57,626 nucleotides of DNA, taken from Candidatus Margulisiibacteriota bacterium (lineage in GTDB: Bacteria; Margulisbacteria; WOR-1; O2-12-FULL-45-9). The position numbers and the translations under genes were made by a program. The stretch spans positions 1 through 57,626 of the forward strand of contig JAYEOW010000050.1 of NCBI GenBank assembly GCA_034723395.1. The letters run 5' to 3'. Of the stretch, positions 55,449 to 57,626 are shown piece by piece. Position 1 is the first letter of the stretch. Every line of letters begins with the position of its first letter. The notes under the pieces were generated by a model. The model saw nothing but the letters and a program-made list of their open reading frames with translations. It was not told the origin of the DNA and did no database searches.

Positions 55449-56259
55449 TCTAGGCTCACAATACCGCGATTACCAAAACGCAAAGTTTGTTGTTATTCCC
55501 GTCCCTTATGAAAAAACAACGACCTATGGTAAGGGGGCCAGGAACGGCCCGTCCGCGATCCTTACGGCATCTCAAAAACTTGAGACTTTTGATGAAGATT
55601 TAAAATTAGAACCATACAAAAAGGCGGGTATTCATACCACCAGGCCAATTCACATATCGCATATCTCATCTCACGTTTCAAGGATATTAAACGATAACAA
55701 AATCCCCGTTGTTTTCGGCGGTGAACATTCGATCTCTCCCTATGCCGTAAAAGCGTGTGCTGAAAAATATAAAGATCTTTCGGTCCTCCAATTTGACGCC
55801 CATGCCGATCTGAGGGATTCTTATCAAGGGTCAAGGGAAAATCATGCTTGTCCGATGCGCCGTATCCTTGAGATCTGCCCAGCGGTTCAGGTTGGTATCC
55901 GCAGTATTTCCAAAGAGGAGCACGCATTTGCCGAGGAATCTGGACAAATAAAAAAGATCCACTGGGCGAAAAAGATCGAGCTGGCCGAAAAGATCGAGAA
56001 CCAGTTGTCAAAGGATGTCTATATTACGATCGATGTGGATGTTTTTGATCCAGGCCTTATCCCGGCGACAGGAACCCCTGAGCCGGGCGGGATGTTCTGG
56101 TATGAGGTGATCGATATCCTTTCCCGAGTTTGTCGAGACAAGAATGTTGTCGGGTTTGACGTTGTAGAGCTTGCTCCAATTAAGGGGAGGCACGCGCCGG
56201 ATTTTACTATAGCCAAGCTGGTTTATAAGATGATGGGATATATCAGCTCAAAAAGTTAA
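55426..56259 (+). CDS. speB: Agmatinase
   Basis: GGEHS, DAHADLR, DVDVFDP...TGTPEPGG. Confidence 0.93.
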   Translation: MSSRQFLDLGSQYRDYQNAKFVVIPVPYEKTTTYGKGARNGPSAILTASQKLETFDEDLKLEPYKKAGIHTTRPIHISHISSHVSRILNDNKIPVVFGGEHSISPYAVKACAEKYKDLSVLQFDAHADLRDSYQGSRENHACPMRRILEICPAVQVGIRSISKEEHAFAEESGQIKKIHWAKKIELAEKIENQLSKDVYITIDVDVFDPGLIPATGTPEPGGMFWYEVIDILSRVCRDKNVVGFDVVELAPIKGRHAPDFTIAKLVYKMMGYISSKS

Positions 56260-57626
56260 GCGCCTTTTGCAACCGTTCTTCAACTTTTTCTTTCCCTAAA
56301 ACCTCGACCACATCATACATCCCCGGAGATTGCAAAGTTCCTGTCAAAGCGAGGCGGCAGGGGTGGATGACGACGCCGAGTTTGACGCCCATTTCTTCGG
56401 CCAAACCTTTAAATACCGGTTCGATGTTCGCTTTTACATAAGGATCGACCTTGGGTAACCTTTCTTTTAAAGACTCCAATATCTTTTTTGCATGCTCGGT
56501 TTTAAAATGCTTTTCGATCCCTTTAGGATCGTATTCAAAATCATCAACAAAGAAATATTTTGATAAAGGGATGATGTCGGGGATCAAAACCAACCGGTCG
56601 TGGATCGCAGAGACGACTTTTTTGATATATTCGATATCATGGGTCCCGTAAGCGTCGATCAACGGCGGTTCGCAAAGATCGACTAATCTATCAGGGAGAA
56701 TATTTCGAATATATTTTCCGTTTAGCCAGTTTAATTTATCGGTATCAAAGATTGCCGGAGTTTTTCCTACCCCCTCAAGGGTGAACATTTCGATCAGCTT
56801 TTCGCGTGAGAATATTTCCTCGTCTCCATGTCCCCAACCGAGCCTGGCTATATAATTTAACATTGCTTCGGGGAGATAGCCCATTCCGCTGTAATCGATT
56901 ACCGAGGTTGCTCCGTGGCGTTTAGAGAGCCGGGCTTTATCTTTTCCAAGAATCATCGGGATATGGGCGAATTGCGGCAGCTTCCAGCCGAACGCCTGAT
57001 AGAGCAGAATTTGTCGAGGAGTATTCGATAAATGGTCATCCCCTCGGATAACATGGGAGATCTCCATTAAATGGTCGTCCAGCACACAGGCAAAGTTGTA
57101 GGTGGGGAAGCCGTCTGATTTTAGAATAACGAAATCATCTAAAAGATCGTTCTGGAACTTTACCTTGCCACGGATCATATCTTCGACAATAGTATCGCCT
57201 GCGGTCGGGAGGCGAAAACGGACAACTCCCTTCCTCCCACTTTCAAGATGTTTTTTTATCTGCTCTTCGGATAATTTTCTACAAGCCCCATCATAGCGTG
57301 GAGCCTCTTTGCGAGCGGCCGCCTCTTTTCTCTTTTTTTCCAGTTCTTCTGGAGTGCAGAAACAATGGTATGCTTTTCCCCCGTCAACCAGTTGTTTAGC
57401 GTATTTTTGATGGATCGCCAATCTTTCGGTTTGGAAATATGGTCCGTAGTTTCCGCTGACATTTGGCCCTTCATCCCAATCGAGGCCGAGCCATTCCAAG
57501 CCGTGAAAGATCGCCTGGTTTGCCTTCAGGGTCGAGCGCTCACGATCGGTATCCTCGATGCGAAGGATAAATTTACCCCCGTTGTGTCTGGCAAAAAGCC
57601 AGTTAAAGAGGGCGGTGCGCGCTCCC
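56243..57626 (-). CDS. gltX: Glutamate--tRNA ligase (5' end outside window)
   Basis: ARTALFNW, LRIEDTD, RGDDH, LSKR; frame open to window edge. Confidence 0.96.
   Translation of the reverse strand, partial: GARTALFNWLFARHNGGKFILRIEDTDRERSTLKANQAIFHGLEWLGLDWDEGPNVSGNYGPYFQTERLAIHQKYAKQLVDGGKAYHCFCTPEELEKKRKEAAARKEAPRYDGACRKLSEEQIKKHLESGRKGVVRFRLPTAGDTIVEDMIRGKVKFQNDLLDDFVILKSDGFPTYNFACVLDDHLMEISHVIRGDDHLSNTPRQILLYQAFGWKLPQFAHIPMILGKDKARLSKRHGATSVIDYSGMGYLPEAMLNYIARLGWGHGDEEIFSREKLIEMFTLEGVGKTPAIFDTDKLNWLNGKYIRNILPDRLVDLCEPPLIDAYGTHDIEYIKKVVSAIHDRLVLIPDIIPLSKYFFVDDFEYDPKGIEKHFKTEHAKKILESLKERLPKVDPYVKANIEPVFKGLAEEMGVKLGVVIHPCRLALTGTLQSPGMYDVVEVLGKEKVEERLQKALNFLS

Noticed and set aside
1..57626. 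CRISPR array or cas genes
   Set aside because: No regularly spaced repeat-spacer array seen; the Cas4-like motif in DUF2779 is not a cas locus

Overview
Bacterial chromosomal window in two halves. The gene set and style suggest an uncultivated Margulisbacteria/Saganbacteria-like organism; this is an inference only. Right half (about 28.7-57.6 kb) is compact housekeeping DNA: ssrA (tmRNA), smpB, dapB, dut, M16 peptidase, nadD, proA/proB, cdsA, rpmA/rplU, a radical-SAM pair, leuS, clpC, trpBA, queF, pyrF, rpsA, pcm, speD-like, speB and gltX. Left half (1 to about 28.7 kb) is a visibly more AT-rich accessory island abutting the tmRNA 3' end. It carries an EcoRI-family MTase/DUF262-HNH pair and an ACP-acyltransferase-GT2-patatin-SMR lipid operon with four unannotated membrane microproteins. 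It also carries a 19-kb segment (8251-27235) bounded by 112-bp TG...CA inverted repeats. That segment holds a 1-kb structured non-coding region, a thermonuclease, Gabija, DUF2130, DUF2779, a Vsr-REase-5mC MTase system and a truncated excisionase. The best candidate for an undescribed system is an operon led by a catalytically degenerate tyrosine-recombinase domain fused to a P-loop NTPase and two TM helices, followed by an HD dNTPase, a YdjM-like membrane hydrolase and an orphan Wza-like protein. Other oddities are a 28-codon tmRNA tag, a Zn-finger-ClpC hybrid, a SpeD variant lacking key residues, 7-bp repeats sitting in-frame in core enzymes, and many apparently leaderless genes. All family calls are by motif recognition; no searches were run.
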